A stretch of DNA of 64,000 nt from Narcine bancroftii (GCF_036971445.1 NC_091474.1:37014001-37078000); one strand, 5' to 3'. Numbered from the stretch's first letter, positions 27,088 to 39,720 are shown. Notes: a model not told the origin generated them from the sequence alone. Numbers and translations are program-made.

Positions 27088-30000
27088 AATCATCGCTGTT
27101 GAGAAAGATTCCAGGAGGATATGCATTTCCACCGCCTGTTCCACCACCTTCATAAGAAGGGGCATCAAGAAGTCCTTGTAAAATTCAGTGGGGAAGCCAT
27201 CTTCCCCAGGAAATTGCCCACCTATAAAGAGCCCAGAGCCTGTTCCATTTAATCCATAGTAAATGGAACACTCAGTCCCTCTTGCTCTTCCTGTCCAAAA
27301 TTTGGCAAGTCCAATGGGCGCAAGAACTCATCTATCTTGGCAGGGACTCCCCTGACTCTGATTTATAAAGTTCTTCACAGAATCTTTTAAATATGTCATT
27401 TATTTCTTTTGGCTTGTATGCGATCTTGTTTTCCCCTGTCTGAATTGCATTGATTGTTCCGAAAGCCTCCTCCAGCCTCACCTGCCAGGACAAGAGTTTA
27501 TGGCCCTTCTCCACCAGCTCATAGTACTGCAGTATAGATCTTAGAATCATTTCCATCCTATATGTTTGCAGCATATTGTACTTGAGCTTGTTATTCGCCA
27601 AGTTTCTATACTTCTTTTCAATGCCCAACCTCTGATAGTCCTTTTCTATTTGTGTTATCTCCAATTCCAGATCATTAACCTTTTTCATAAACTCTTTTTT
27701 GACATTCTTAGTGTACCCAATTATCTAGCTCCTTAAATAAGCCTTCAATGTGTCCCATATCAGGAAATTGTCTCACAGAACAAATCTATCTGCTCTCACA
27801 AAGCTATAAAATTTCAGTTTTCGCAACAACGTCATTTCCAGGCGCCATCTATATGATGGGGCCTGCTTATCCAGCATTAAATCATTACTACCAAAGGCAA
27901 ACGGTCCGACAGCAGCCATGCCTTGTACTCTGCTTCCACTATCCTACCCTCCAGTTGAGCTGACGCCAAGAAAAAAAATCAATCCGAGTGTAGGAGTCGT
28001 GTGGTCACAAATAAAAGGAGTAATCCCTCACTCACAGATTCAGCCTCCTCCAGACCTCTAAGATTCAGCTCCTTCATGAAAGTCAGGTGGACTTAGCCAC
28101 CCTAGATATCTCACCACATTGCTGGTGTAAATATTTTTCTTTACGTAATTATTTGAACATAACTGGTAGAGAAGCTGGAAAGTAGTCACCTTTTGACATG
28201 AAGGAAGAATACTCATTTGCCTGGTTGACTTTCCCTGCACCATTGTGAAACTTTTGACTTCATTCCACCAGGAAAAAATTGAGGCTTGGTCAATGGATCT
28301 AAGAATTGCATCTAAGGCTATTTATTTTTAGGTAAGATTAGTGATGATTATGGAAACAAAGCAGGTGGAATATAAAAGTTAATTACTTATGTAACAAAAG
28401 AAGGCCATGAAGCCCAGGAATGAAAGATCTATTCTCTGCCAGGATTTCAAAGAATAGAATTTCCAGATATAGAACAATGGTATTTTGAAAGGAGAAAAAA
28501 TAATTGTCACTTTTTAGGAAAATTGTCCACACTATACTCACATATTTACCTGTTTACCTTCTGAAGAAATTATGCTTTGATCTTCCCGGATCTGGTGAAC
28601 ATTTATAAAACATGTGGAACTGCTGCTCAGGCTGACATTTGAGTTGAGGTTTGAGAGGTTAATGCAAGGCCTCTTGTGCATGTAACTGCTTGCATGACGG
28701 TCAATGGAACTGTAGAAAATAGCAGCACAAAGGGAAACTGCTCAGCCCATCTCATCAATGCCAAACAAAAACTGATTTTTTTAACGTTACACCTATTTCT
28801 AGCTTTTAGACCATGGTCTTGCAGGTTACAGATCCACCCATACACATTCAGGTATCTTTACAGTGTGTCCTTGTCTGCACTGCCCTTTCAGGCAATGTGT
28901 TCTAGAACTCTTGTCAGACAAATTTTCAAATCCTTCTACTAAATATCAATGTATCCCAGCCATTCACTTCTCCATCAAATGGGTTAGATTTTTCATTCCC
29001 AGCTTGTTTTGGCCTCATAATTTTGTACACCTTATTTATATCAACGTCAAACAACTCACTCTCTCTTCAGAGCTCTAGTTCTCCAGGCATCCTTGTAAAT
29101 TATATAGCACTGACAATAAACTAAGCCTGATGGAACATGAGGGGACATGGCAAAGTTAGCAACTCCTTGCATATTTTCAGTCGTGCTGTTGCTTTTATAA
29201 TTATTATCAGTGCAATTCAATTGAGGAGTCATAATTGCTGTTAATAAGTTCTGTCTACTCAACCTTAAGAACTCTAATGCATTCTACCTTACTTGCACTA
29301 CCAAGCCATTTCTCTTCTGTCCCAACCATCACACCAAGACATTCGCTCCCACCCTTATTCAATTTCCCCTCCAATCCCCAAATCTATGGTGGGTTAGTGT
29401 TGTGAAATATCATCCATTTTCTTTAGCAGCAGTTCCATTTTGTCTTTTTTCTTCTGGATCTATTCCTCAACTTTGCACAACCAGGTTGGAGAGTTTGCAT
29501 TTTTTATGGTTTTAATGCAAGTGCTCCAGAATGATCATGGGGTTATCTTCGTGACTATGTTAATGTTTGCAATCTTGGCTGTTCCTTGTGAATAAGTTGA
29601 GATTTGACTGTTTCTCTGTTTGAAATTTGTAAGGTGGTTCTACAAAATCTTCCTCTCCATCCATTACTGTTAATTTCAGGGGGAAAAAAAACAGAAATGT
29701 ATCTTAATTTTAAGAAAAAGTGAGTCAGATGAAGGAGACATATGTGAACAACATGGATACCACAGTTATACAAACCAGGAAATGGCAGACCTAATAACTA
29801 TAGATGATGACATACTATGCACAAACCTGCTAATTTGGTAAATTGTTATTAAAGATTTTCAAGTCGTTGCTACAAGATGTTTGGGGAATATATCAACTAC
29901 TGATGCACAAAGGATATTCAAAGGATTCTGTGGCTGCCGAATATGGGGCTCATTTAACTGAACTTTGAGTTGAGCTGGATGTGGAGCACTTCCCACTACA

Positions 30001-30609
30001 GCTTTAGCTTCAGAAGAAGCATGACAAAGAAACTGTCCACGGCCAGAATTTAAGATAAAACAACACTGGCTGAAAACTAGACACAGTGTAAGTTGCCTCA
30101 TCAAATATGCAATATGCAAAAGTAATGAGATGTATTTTTTGTTTCTATCCATTTTAAAAACAATGTTAATTATTGTCAAGGTTATAGTTATTGATTTTAA
30201 AAAACAGCAATAAGAAAATAGAAAACATAGAAATTTAAGATATGCTAGATGTTAGTTTTGATAAACTTACAGTATTGGCTTTGATGTGTTGTACTTTACA
30301 CAACTACATTCATATTTAGCACTGAATTTAATTGGCATGTTGGTTATGGATTTAAGTTTCAAGAGTGCATTGTGATACAAGGATACTACGATAAATATTT
30401 ACTATAGAAAGTACAATTTCCATTGACATATATCTGGAGAGACTGCATTCTTAAATCTCACTCTCCAGTTTCCAGGCTGGACATGCTGAATTGAAACTGA
30501 CTCTCAAAAATTACAACCTAAATTAGATCCTGAGCTAATTTAGGTTGCAACTCTTGGGAGTTAATTTCAGTCTGAGGGGGATTACTCTACTGATGGGTCC
30601 AAATTGATG

Positions 30610-30910
30610 AAAATGGCGGCACTGCTAGAGCCTCTGTAGCGGAAGCGCTGCCACTGAGGGGAGCGAGGAGCAGAGATATAGTACTGCCGCAGGGTCCATC
30701 TGCCCAGTCAACTGCCGTCAGCTCTGCATCGACTTTGAATGGCCCATTAAAGGAGCAACAGTAGTTTTATTTAAAATCCCATGACCTTGGGGTCTGCGCC
30801 CAAGATGGCATAACCACAGTAGCCATGAGAGGTGCAGATTCCAGGGGAGCAGAGGACTGGCACAGGGCACCAGAAAATGGGGAGAGTATTGCCTGTCTGA
30901 GAAGGTGATG
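30610..30910 (+). repeat. GC-richer, probably TE-derived segment with YY1-like motifs
   Basis: AAAATGGCGGC near 30610 and CCAAGATGGC near 30800 within a composition shift; family not identified. Confidence 0.35.
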
Positions 30911-33900
30911 GCACAAAATAATAGGGAAATGTTGGTTAAAAATAATATTTTTAAGAACATGTTCTGCTGGCTTTCAAGACCCTCAGTAATTTCCATACCA
31001 CATAATTATTACCACTGGGAAAGAAGCAGTCGTTGCCTATTATTGTTTTATAGGTATAAATGCATGCAGAATGTAGACCATCAGATTATGAGTCCCAATC
31101 TATTTACTGACTGCATCAACCAACACTCCTTTGTTTAATAAAAAAGCTTCACTAGAAGGTTTCATCAAGCACAGATGCACCCAGAAAGTATTGACAAACA
31201 TATAATTCTGAGGTCTAACTCTATTCTAAGATCCACCCAATGGAACCAGAAAACTACTCTTTAACTAACATGTCTGAACATTTAACTGTCACCCAAACTC
31301 TTTGTTAACATGCAATTTAATATAACAACTTTGACATCAACAGAGAAATAATGTAAACCCACAGTTTAAGTTCAACAGTTGCATGATTCATTTGCAGTAA
31401 AAGCGTGTTTAATTTTCTTTGGAGTCTAGCATCTCAGTGCCTGTCATCGTCGAAACCACGTGCAATGCGCTCCATTATCTTGTGGGTGCTGTAAAAGTTG
31501 ATGTTTTGCTGATGCGTAGGGTTCTTCAGTTGTAGATTTATACAACACAGGAAAAGATTTTTCAGCCTAATTTGGCCCGGCTGACCAAGTTGCTGCCTAA
31601 GCTTGTCCTATTTGCTTGCATTTAGCCATACTCCTCTAAACTTTCCCATCAGCAGAAGAATTAATCTTACTGCCATTTATATATTTTACAAATCATATCC
31701 ATTTCATTGTATTACACAACAAACAAAGCAACTACTTTTCATATTTGCCCATAAACAATGAATTTGTTAACCGTATCAATGACTTGGTGTCATGACTGAA
31801 GATTGAATGATGAATTGAACATTAGGAGAACTTTTTAATATTGGAATGAATAATACATTTTATATCCACAATACAATACATCACTTTTACATCCCATCTG
31901 AAAATCAGTACTAGAAAACTTCCTTAATGCTTCATAAGTGCAGATTATATCCTTAAATTCACCACTGAGTATTAGCCCGTGACCTTTAGAATGGTAAACT
32001 CCTTTTCTGTAAAGTTCTGCCAACACAGCACAAAGTTCACCATGAATGTATGGCTACTTCCTCTCAGCTAAGCTGCAGTAGAGCTACTGAAATATTATTC
32101 AAGCCAAAGGAAGAGGAAAACAACAACCTAGGAGATTCAGAAGCCATTTAGCAATCAGTTAATACCTAAACTTCAAAATCAGGCTAATTATTTAGTCATC
32201 TTTAAAATCTTGCCCAAATCCAACTTGTTAAACGTTACAAAAGGATACTACATGTTCAGAAATTTTCATGTTATACTATGATATTATGCAACATGAAAAA
32301 AGGTTCACAATAAAAGCTTGAAACACCAGCACCTTCCAGTAATTAGTATAGCTCGACTTGTATTTTAAAAGATTATGATTCTCCTATAGGAATATTTGGC
32401 ATCAATTATCTGGAGCTTCTTACCCTAGATGAAAGAATTTTCATTATCTCAGACCTGGCACACCTATTGGCCTTTACATCAGGGAGCTTCTCTATATTAG
32501 TGTGGTCTGAGAGAAAATGAATAAGATTATATGTTGCCATATCCTGCTATGTTTTGAATGATGTTGGAGCATACCTGATCTCTAATTTCAAAAGAATATG
32601 TAATCTTTACAGCATATTTTTACAGTTTAACATTTTGAGAGTTAGCATACATTTAACAAAACAGAAAAAAATACCTCAATTTATCTGGTACTTTGACATT
32701 CAACCATTGAAAGTAATTGAATTCCATCTGAAAGTAATTTCGGTTTCCAAAGTTTTTTCAATAGATGCTCGAGGAATTCATGATTGTTTAGTGTCTTCTC
32801 TGTGCTGAAGCATTTCAAGTTGTATTCATGTGGGGGACCCTGGGTGCAGACCATCAGCAAGGGATTACTAAAACTATACCAGGGTGTTGGTGAGATTATC
32901 AGGACAGATGGTGAATAGCAACTGGGCAGTAGTGAATTTGCATGTAATCCACACCACTCTGAAAAAATCTTGAGTATGCAATGGTATCTCTTCTATTTGT
33001 TTAACTCCCTTCTCATTGGCTTACCACAACTCTTCAGAACTGAAAATACACACCGGAGTTCAGAAAGGTCACATCGCTGAATTCAGGGAACATTAGGATC
33101 GTCCTTTAAATACCAGAATATAGTTTAAACAGTGCTCTTTTTTTAATCTGGTTCCTACACTTGAACCATCAAGAACATGGTGCTGTTTCACTAAAATTGA
33201 GCAGATATGATCTATAGTCACTGGAGTTTAGAAGAAAGGCGAGTGGTCTCATTGAAAATGCTTAAAATTCTCAGGGGCTTGGCTGAAGAGAAGCAGGTTA
33301 TCAATGTGATTCCTGCATGAAACAGCACATTTTTAACAAAGGAAAATCCAACCTGCAATGTTCACTTCTTCCTCTACTTTCCTTGTCTGCACAGAATAAT
33401 AAAGCAAGCTGAATATTTTAATTAGCAGTAGTGTCCATTTAGTTCTATAACTAAATTGCAAGGTGTCATTATATTTTCTTTACCATGAATGTTCTTTACC
33501 ATAAAACCTTTTTCACAGAAGTGGCAGAAAAGAAATTCTGCCTGTCTTGAAGTATTTAGTCTCAAATCCCAGAAGATACATTTAAATCCTTGCTTAGTTA
33601 AAAAACACACTTGAAGACCATTTACAAAAAGACAAAATGGTGCAATTTTGTTCGCCTCAAGTTCTCAAGCAGTGAGCTTGTAGGAATTATATGAGCACAG
33701 TGGAGAAATAAGTACTCTCCTGGGATAGAAACTTATGGTAGGGTGTGTTATTGAAGCAATCAAACAGACTTGAGGATAGGATTAAGCAATTGAACCATAT
33801 ACTGGACATGGCACAGGAGCAATATTAACAGAAACACATTAGATTCCCTGAAATTCCAGCAAATATATTTAGGATAAAATTTTACTGGCTGAGATAGGGT

Positions 33901-34649
33901 AACCAATTGGCTTCCTTGAAATTCAATGCCAAGTTGTCAGTGCCCAATGGTGTGGTGTGTTTATGAGCACATCTTCAACCCTCCATTGGTTTACATGGGA
34001 ACAGTAGGAGAGAAGAACCCTCTTCTGACCCCTGAAACAAAAATGAAATGGTGTTAATTACCTCCATGCAGTTCACATCGTTCTCGCTGTTCATATCCAT
34101 CCATTGAGAATCTCAGATGTGTATAACATTTGTTTTGATAAATATTTTTTGAGAAATACTAAATAATCTTATGAACAGCCTGATAGGCAATCATAAAAAG
34201 ACATACTCCAAAACTCTCCTTGCTTTTCACTCTGGTCTTGAAGAAAGCCTCAGGCCCAAAACATTGGTGGTATGTCAATAGCCCCTTTTCCACTGGAACC
34301 TTGTCCCAGGAATTGACAGCCAATTTACTGGTTAAAGGTCCAGTGGAAAAGCGAATCAATCAGCTGGTGTCAAATGATGCAAAATCTTGCCTGGGGTTGA
34401 CAACCTCGACCCCTACTCACATCCCCGATGTCAGCTGGCGCTGGCTGCTGATTAAGCCAGTGAAAAAAACAATGTTGCACATTTTTATGTGAGCCCGTTC
34501 AATCGCATGTCGAAGCACACTGAGGTAGTCTGCTGGAGTCCTGAGGTAAGGTTGACGGTGGGTCTTCCTCTCCTCAATTAGAAATCCAATTAAAAATATT
34601 GTATTTAAAATTTTGGTGTGCAATATAAAAAGTGAGTAGTATAAAAATT

Positions 34650-35800
34650 CTTTTCAATCTTCTTCAGCATGATGCTGAACCAAGCCATGAAAGACCCCAA
34701 CAATGAAGACGCTGTTTACATCCGGTACCGCACGGATGGCAGTCTCTTCAATCTGAGGCGCCTGCAAGCTCACACCAAGACACAAGAGAAACTTGTCCGT
34801 GAACTACTCTTTGCAGATGATGCCGCTTTAGTTGCCCATTCAGAGACAGCTCTTCAGCGCTTGACGTCCTGCTTTGCGGAAACTGCCAAAATGTTTGGCC
34901 TGGAAGTCAGCCTGAAGAAAACTGAGGTCCTCCATCAGCCAGCACCCCACCATGACTACCAGCCCCCCCACATCTCCATCGGGCACACAAAACTCAAAAC
35001 GGTCAACCAGTTTACCTATCTCGGCTGCACCATTTCATCAGATGCAAGGATCGACAATGAGATAGACAAAAGACTCGCCAAGGCAAATAGCGCCTTTGGA
35101 AGACTACACAAAAGAGTCTGGAAAAACAACCAACTGAAAAACCTCACAAAGATAAGCGTATACAGAGCCGTTGTCATACCCATACTCCTGTTCGGCTCCA
35201 AATCATGGGTCCTCTACCGGCACCACCTACGGCTCCTAGAACGCTTCCACCAGCGTTGTCTCCGCTCCATCCTCAACATCCATTGGAGCGCTTACACCCC
35301 TAACGTCGAAGTACTCGAGATGGCAGAGGTCGACAGCATCGAGTCCATGCTGCTGAAGATCCAGCTGCGCTGGATGGGTCACGTCTCCAGAATGGAGGAC
35401 CATCGCCTTCCCAAGATCGTGTTATATGGCGAGCTCTCCACTGGCTACCGTGACAGAGGTGCACCAAAGAAAAGGTACAAGGACTGCCTAAAGAAATCTC
35501 TTGGTGCCTGCCACATTGACCACCGCCAGTGGGCTGATAACGCCTCAAACCGTGCATCTTGGCGCCTCACAGTTTGGCGGGCAGCAACCTCCTTTGAAGA
35601 AGACCGCAGAGCCCACCTCACTGACAAAAGGCAAAGGAGGAAAAACCCAACACCCAACCCCAACCAACCAATTTTCCCTTGCAACCGCTGCAATCGTGTC
35701 TGCCTGTCCCGCATCGGACTTGTCAGCCACAAACGAGCCTGCAGCTGACGTGGACTTTTTACCCCCTCCATAAATCTTCGTCCGCGAAGCCAAGCCAAAG
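34650..35800 (+). mobile_element. Young RTE-clade LINE, 5'-truncated copy 2 (uninterrupted 359-aa RT/C-terminal frame)
   Basis: Near-identical to copy 1; 12-bp TSD AGTATAAAAATT at 34638-34649 and 35801-35812. Confidence 0.96.
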
Positions 35801-36124
35801 AGTATAAAAATTTAGTGTGCACTTTGGGAGTTTCTCCAGCACTTATGTGTATTAACTTACTGCGGCACAAGTTTGAGGAGAACAGTCACTTTGAATATCT
35901 AATTAAGAACAATTGGTATTCGTTGTGGGCATATTGCTGTGGTACAATTTTTTTTAAATAAAGATATTCTAAGCAACTAATTGAGAGTGTGATATTAGAT
36001 AAAATTACACCTCTTAACTGTTAATCATGTGGAAATGGTACAAACTTTACCCAACCATGACATTACTTGGTGAAATAGGAGTAGAACTATTCATGTTCTT
36101 AAGCCTTTTCTGTATTATAAAAAA

Positions 36125-36342
36125 CATTAGGCACAGTATCATGCCCTTCCAACCCACAAGCCCATGCCGCACAATTACACCCAATTAACCTACAACACCC
36201 CCATATGTTTTGAAGGGTGGGGAAAAAACTGCAGCACCGGAGGAAACCCACGCAGTCACGGGGAGAACACAGACTTACAGACAGTGGCAGATTCGAACCC
36301 TGGTCGCTGGTGTTGGAACAGCATTGTGCTAATTGTGTCGCC
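36125..36342 (-). mobile_element. tRNA-derived SINE (HE1/V-SINE-like)
   Basis: Pol III B box GGGTTCGAATC on the minus strand (36290-36300); core ggaggaaacccacgcagtcacggggagaac; shared tail cccaattaacctaca. Confidence 0.85.
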
Positions 36343-37029
36343 TGTAGCTTCGAATAAACGACCTAACTAGTCCCGTTTCCACCTATCCCACCACCTCCAA
36401 GACTTTCGCCGCACCCTAAAATTTGAAAGTAATTGCTAAGTCTGTTTTTCAGATTGCAACAACTGAGTGGAACTTTTTTTTTTAAAATCATAACTTTTAT
36501 TTTTTTAGCCAGTTATCTCAGAAAGCCTTCGGGAATACTGAAAAGTATACTAGTTTTTGACATAACCTTAACTTGCAGTTTATGAACAACTGGAATGACA
36601 TGCACTTGACATTTAACGAAGAGAACATGTCAAGAGTAAATCTGAATAGGAACATATGTAGCCTAAGGAACTTAATCATACCCATTACGTAATTAAAGAC
36701 TCTATTTCAGGTTTTTAAAAATACAAATTTCTTATTAATAAGCTCTTTGTTCATATCAATTAAAGAGCTTTCAGACCTATATCATTTGTTTACTGACACA
36801 TTATCTTTCAACTTTGCTGAGAAAGTGCTTAAATAGTATTAGTGAATTAAAGCAAAAGGATTTGCATTTCAATCAATTTTCTTGAAAGATGTCTCCAAGG
36901 TGATTAACATTTGTTTAATTACTATTGTCATTGATTGTGTTGGAAAATTTAGCAAATCCTTTATCTGAACTGAAATCCCCTACAAATAACAGTGTGAGAA
37001 AAATATTCAGCTTGACGAAATGCAAGATA

Positions 37030-37135
37030 TAAATGCTCGAGAAACTCAGCAGCTCACACAGCAAAGTAAAAGGGCTGTCGACATTTCAGGCCTGAGCCCA
37101 TCCTCAGGAATTCGGAAAACCAGGCAGATATCTGA
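37030..37135 (-). mobile_element. Penelope pseudo-LTR fragment with a minimal hammerhead-like core
   Basis: Minus strand reads CCTGAGGATGGGCTCAGGCCTGAAATGTCG followed by GCTGCTGAGTTTCTCGAGCATTT. Confidence 0.6.
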
Positions 37136-37949
37136 ATGAGCTGGATGTAAGAAAAGATCTTCTCCATGGATTTACCACGGTTAAGTGAATCCTCAGTTTA
37201 TCACATAACTCTGAAAACAAGCCATACTCATTTGGTATTGCACTCTAAATGCCATTTTAATCGACATGATGATGAAGTTTGGAAATAAACTTGACCTCAT
37301 ACTCACTAATCCACAGATTAAAGTATTACCTCCCAAGTCAAGTAGATACTCAGGGTAAAAATTGCTGTTGGAACTCAGTGGAACAGGCAGCATTTGTGGT
37401 GGCAATAGGATAGTCGATGTTTTAGGTTGAGGCCCTATATCAAGCCAAGCTTTTGCTCAAGATGTATTCCTGAAGAGAGAAGGGATTGAACATGATGGAA
37501 AGAAAGTTTATCAGGTGAAATGAAGGGAAATTAAAAAGGTTGAGTTTTTAAATAATTTTAATTTCACCTCACTTCCTTCCCTCACGGGTTCTGGGGTCTT
37601 GATGCAAAGTTGGATAGTTGTGCACAGAAAACAATGAAGCAACAACCTGGGTTAGTCATACACATATTGTCAGACCAATCCAGCACATTGGTACATCAGG
37701 TATCACTTACAGGTCAAATACATCAGTCAATGCAGTACAGTGATACAAGTATGGAGGGACTATTCCTTGGAATCCTCACATTGACCCAAACAACATGATA
37801 TCTTGTCATAATTTGAAACATAGACAAGGAAACTGCTTCCTGATTATAATATGCCATCCTCTCTTCCCTGGTGAATCAGTGGTTCTCCATCACACTTGGA
37901 AGAAGAACTGCTTTATGACCTTGTTAGCATTCTGGCATAGGCTGATCAA

Positions 37950-39720
37950 TGGCAGGTAACATGCACACAACACAAATGCAAGGCAATGGCCATCTCCAAC
38001 AAGAGTGTCAAAACACCTACCAATGTTCAGTGGTTCCATGATCACCACCATTAATCTTATGATCACTAGTAACTACAGATACAACTAGACTAGCCACATA
38101 ACTATCATATGACCAAGACAGAGGCTGGAAATATTGCAAAAAGTGACACAAATGATGACACCCAAAAATATTTCTTTCATCAGCAAGGTATAAAATCGGG
38201 AATGGGATGGAAATTCTCACTAAGTGCAAGTGCTCAAGAAGTCAATGCCATGCAGGACAAAGCAGACCACTTGATTGACCCTCAGATCATTACCCTCAAT
38301 ATACATTCCCTCCATCAACTGTAGCCACAGTCTAGACCAGGGGTGTCAAACTCAAATTCACGGAGGGCCAAAATTAAAAACTTGGACTAAGTCGAGGGCC
38401 GAACTAAATATTGAAAATTTTCAACAACATCTGCATGTTTTCTCTTCTTTCAACATATGTAATGTTAAACTTTAGGATATAACTTTAGGAGGATAATGTT
38501 ACAGGTCAGGAGTAGGTAGCTCAAGTTCACCCTTTGCTTGACCTGAGGGAAACCCATTTGGTCCCTGTGGAGATGTAGTCAGCATTCACAGGCTGTGTCC
38601 ATTTTGGCCTGCATCAGGACTCAGCATTTCCTGCTCACTCCTCAGGCTCTAGGCCTCTATTCACCTTCGACCCACCATCCCTCTACCTGACCAGTCCTTT
38701 ACCCAACTTCTACTCACCCCTCACTCCACTCGCTCTGCCTCTACCCACCCCATCCTATACACGCCCCTCTACTGCCTCTCCCCTCAACCTGCTCCTCCCT
38801 CTACCCGTCTCTCACCCTCTAATCACCCCTCCCCTACTCGCCCTGCCCCTCCCCTTTTACCTCTTCCCTATCCACCCTTCCTTCTACTCATCCCTCCCTC
38901 TAACTACCCCTCGCACCACCATAACTTCCCCTGCCCATTACTCCTCACCTACACCCTCTGCCCACCCCTGCTTACCCACCCACTCAGGCCCAGTGCGCTG
39001 CCGATCAGCCTTTGCGGACAGCCACCATCTCTCTCTTCACGTGCAGGGCCGAACCAGCCGTCCCTGGGGTCCGCGCGGGTGCAAGCGCTGAAGGCCGTGC
39101 CGACCGGGAGAAGTGCGCTCGCACTGTGGAAGGGCCGTCCGGTGCCAGTCGCGCGGGGCTCGCGCTGCCCAGGGGCCATGCGCAGCCTGCCATGCCCGTC
39201 ACGCCGACAGGAAATCACAGGCGCTCGCCCATCCGCTGCACCACTCGACAGGTGGGAGAAGTGACTGGTTGTGCGGGGAGCCTTCCAACCGGCTTGCCAG
39301 CTGGTGACATCGACAGACTTCTCGTGTTACAATTTCTTGTGTTACAATGGGGAAGGATGTGCAATGAAGGGGGAGGATGGTGGGGGTGACATTACCATAA
39401 AACAGCATCGGCTCTCGCTGCAGGGCGGGCCACCTCTAATACATTTTTGAAATGATCTTGCGGGCCAAATATAATTATATCGCGGGCCAAATGGGCCAGT
39501 TTGACATGTGTGGTCTAGACCAATGCAATGCAACAATTTACACATGGTATTCCCACAAATCCCCAACCTCTGCCACCAAAAAGGAAAAGAGGCATACGAA
39601 CACCAACCCCACCTTCTCAAAGAGGCCTTCATTCATTGTCTGCATATCTCAATCCTGGACCTCCGACTTCAACAGCACAAGTGGGACCACCTTCACTAGC
39701 AGTACCACAATGGTACACTA
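37950..39720 (+). mobile_element. Old non-LTR retrotransposon remnant interrupted by the hAT element
   Basis: aaatgcaaggcaatggccatctccaacaag...caggacaaagcagaccacttgattg...attccctccatca; a related degenerate piece lies at ~100-330. Family not assigned. Confidence 0.5.
38338..39512. mobile_element. Non-autonomous hAT (Charlie-like) DNA transposon, ~1.18 kb
   Basis: Perfect palindromic 8-bp TSD GTCTAGAC at 38330-38337 and 39513-39520; imperfect TIRs CAGGGGTGTCAAACT / AGTTTGACATGTGTG; subterminal GGGCC motifs; no transposase ORF. Confidence 0.92.

Larger units (their letters stand above)
22817..28056 (-). mobile_element. 5'-truncated L1/Tx1-clade LINE (decayed ORF2), host to CR1 and RTE insertions
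   Basis: Minus-strand fragments in order: endonuclease end VWRRLN..DYSFY..HDSYTRIDFF (~28050), YYELVEKGHKLLSWQ, YRPISLLN..KIIAKVLVNRL, ALDEEKAFDR, WRTLPITLMGRIN, NKYNLSNRTFFYYLQIRSF, C-terminal QYNILHQLY. AATAAA and an A-rich tail lie near 22817-22835. Confidence 0.9.

Noticed and set aside
29990-30093. Plus-strand exon candidate ending in GTAAGT
   Set aside because: All three frames are closed; it could only be non-coding and has no further support. The same holds for candidates at ~16368-16447 and ~40352-40528.
34669-35748. 359-aa ORF as a host or domesticated gene
   Set aside because: It is a 5'-truncated RTE with a TSD, lacking the endonuclease and the first RT motifs; near-identical copies lie nearby.
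36280-36342. tRNA gene
   Set aside because: The B box belongs to a SINE head and no full cloverleaf is present. The same applies at ~44770.
38949-39408. Cluster of GC-rich ORFs or a CpG-island promoter
   Set aside because: Lies wholly inside a TSD-bounded hAT element; the ORFs reflect GC richness.
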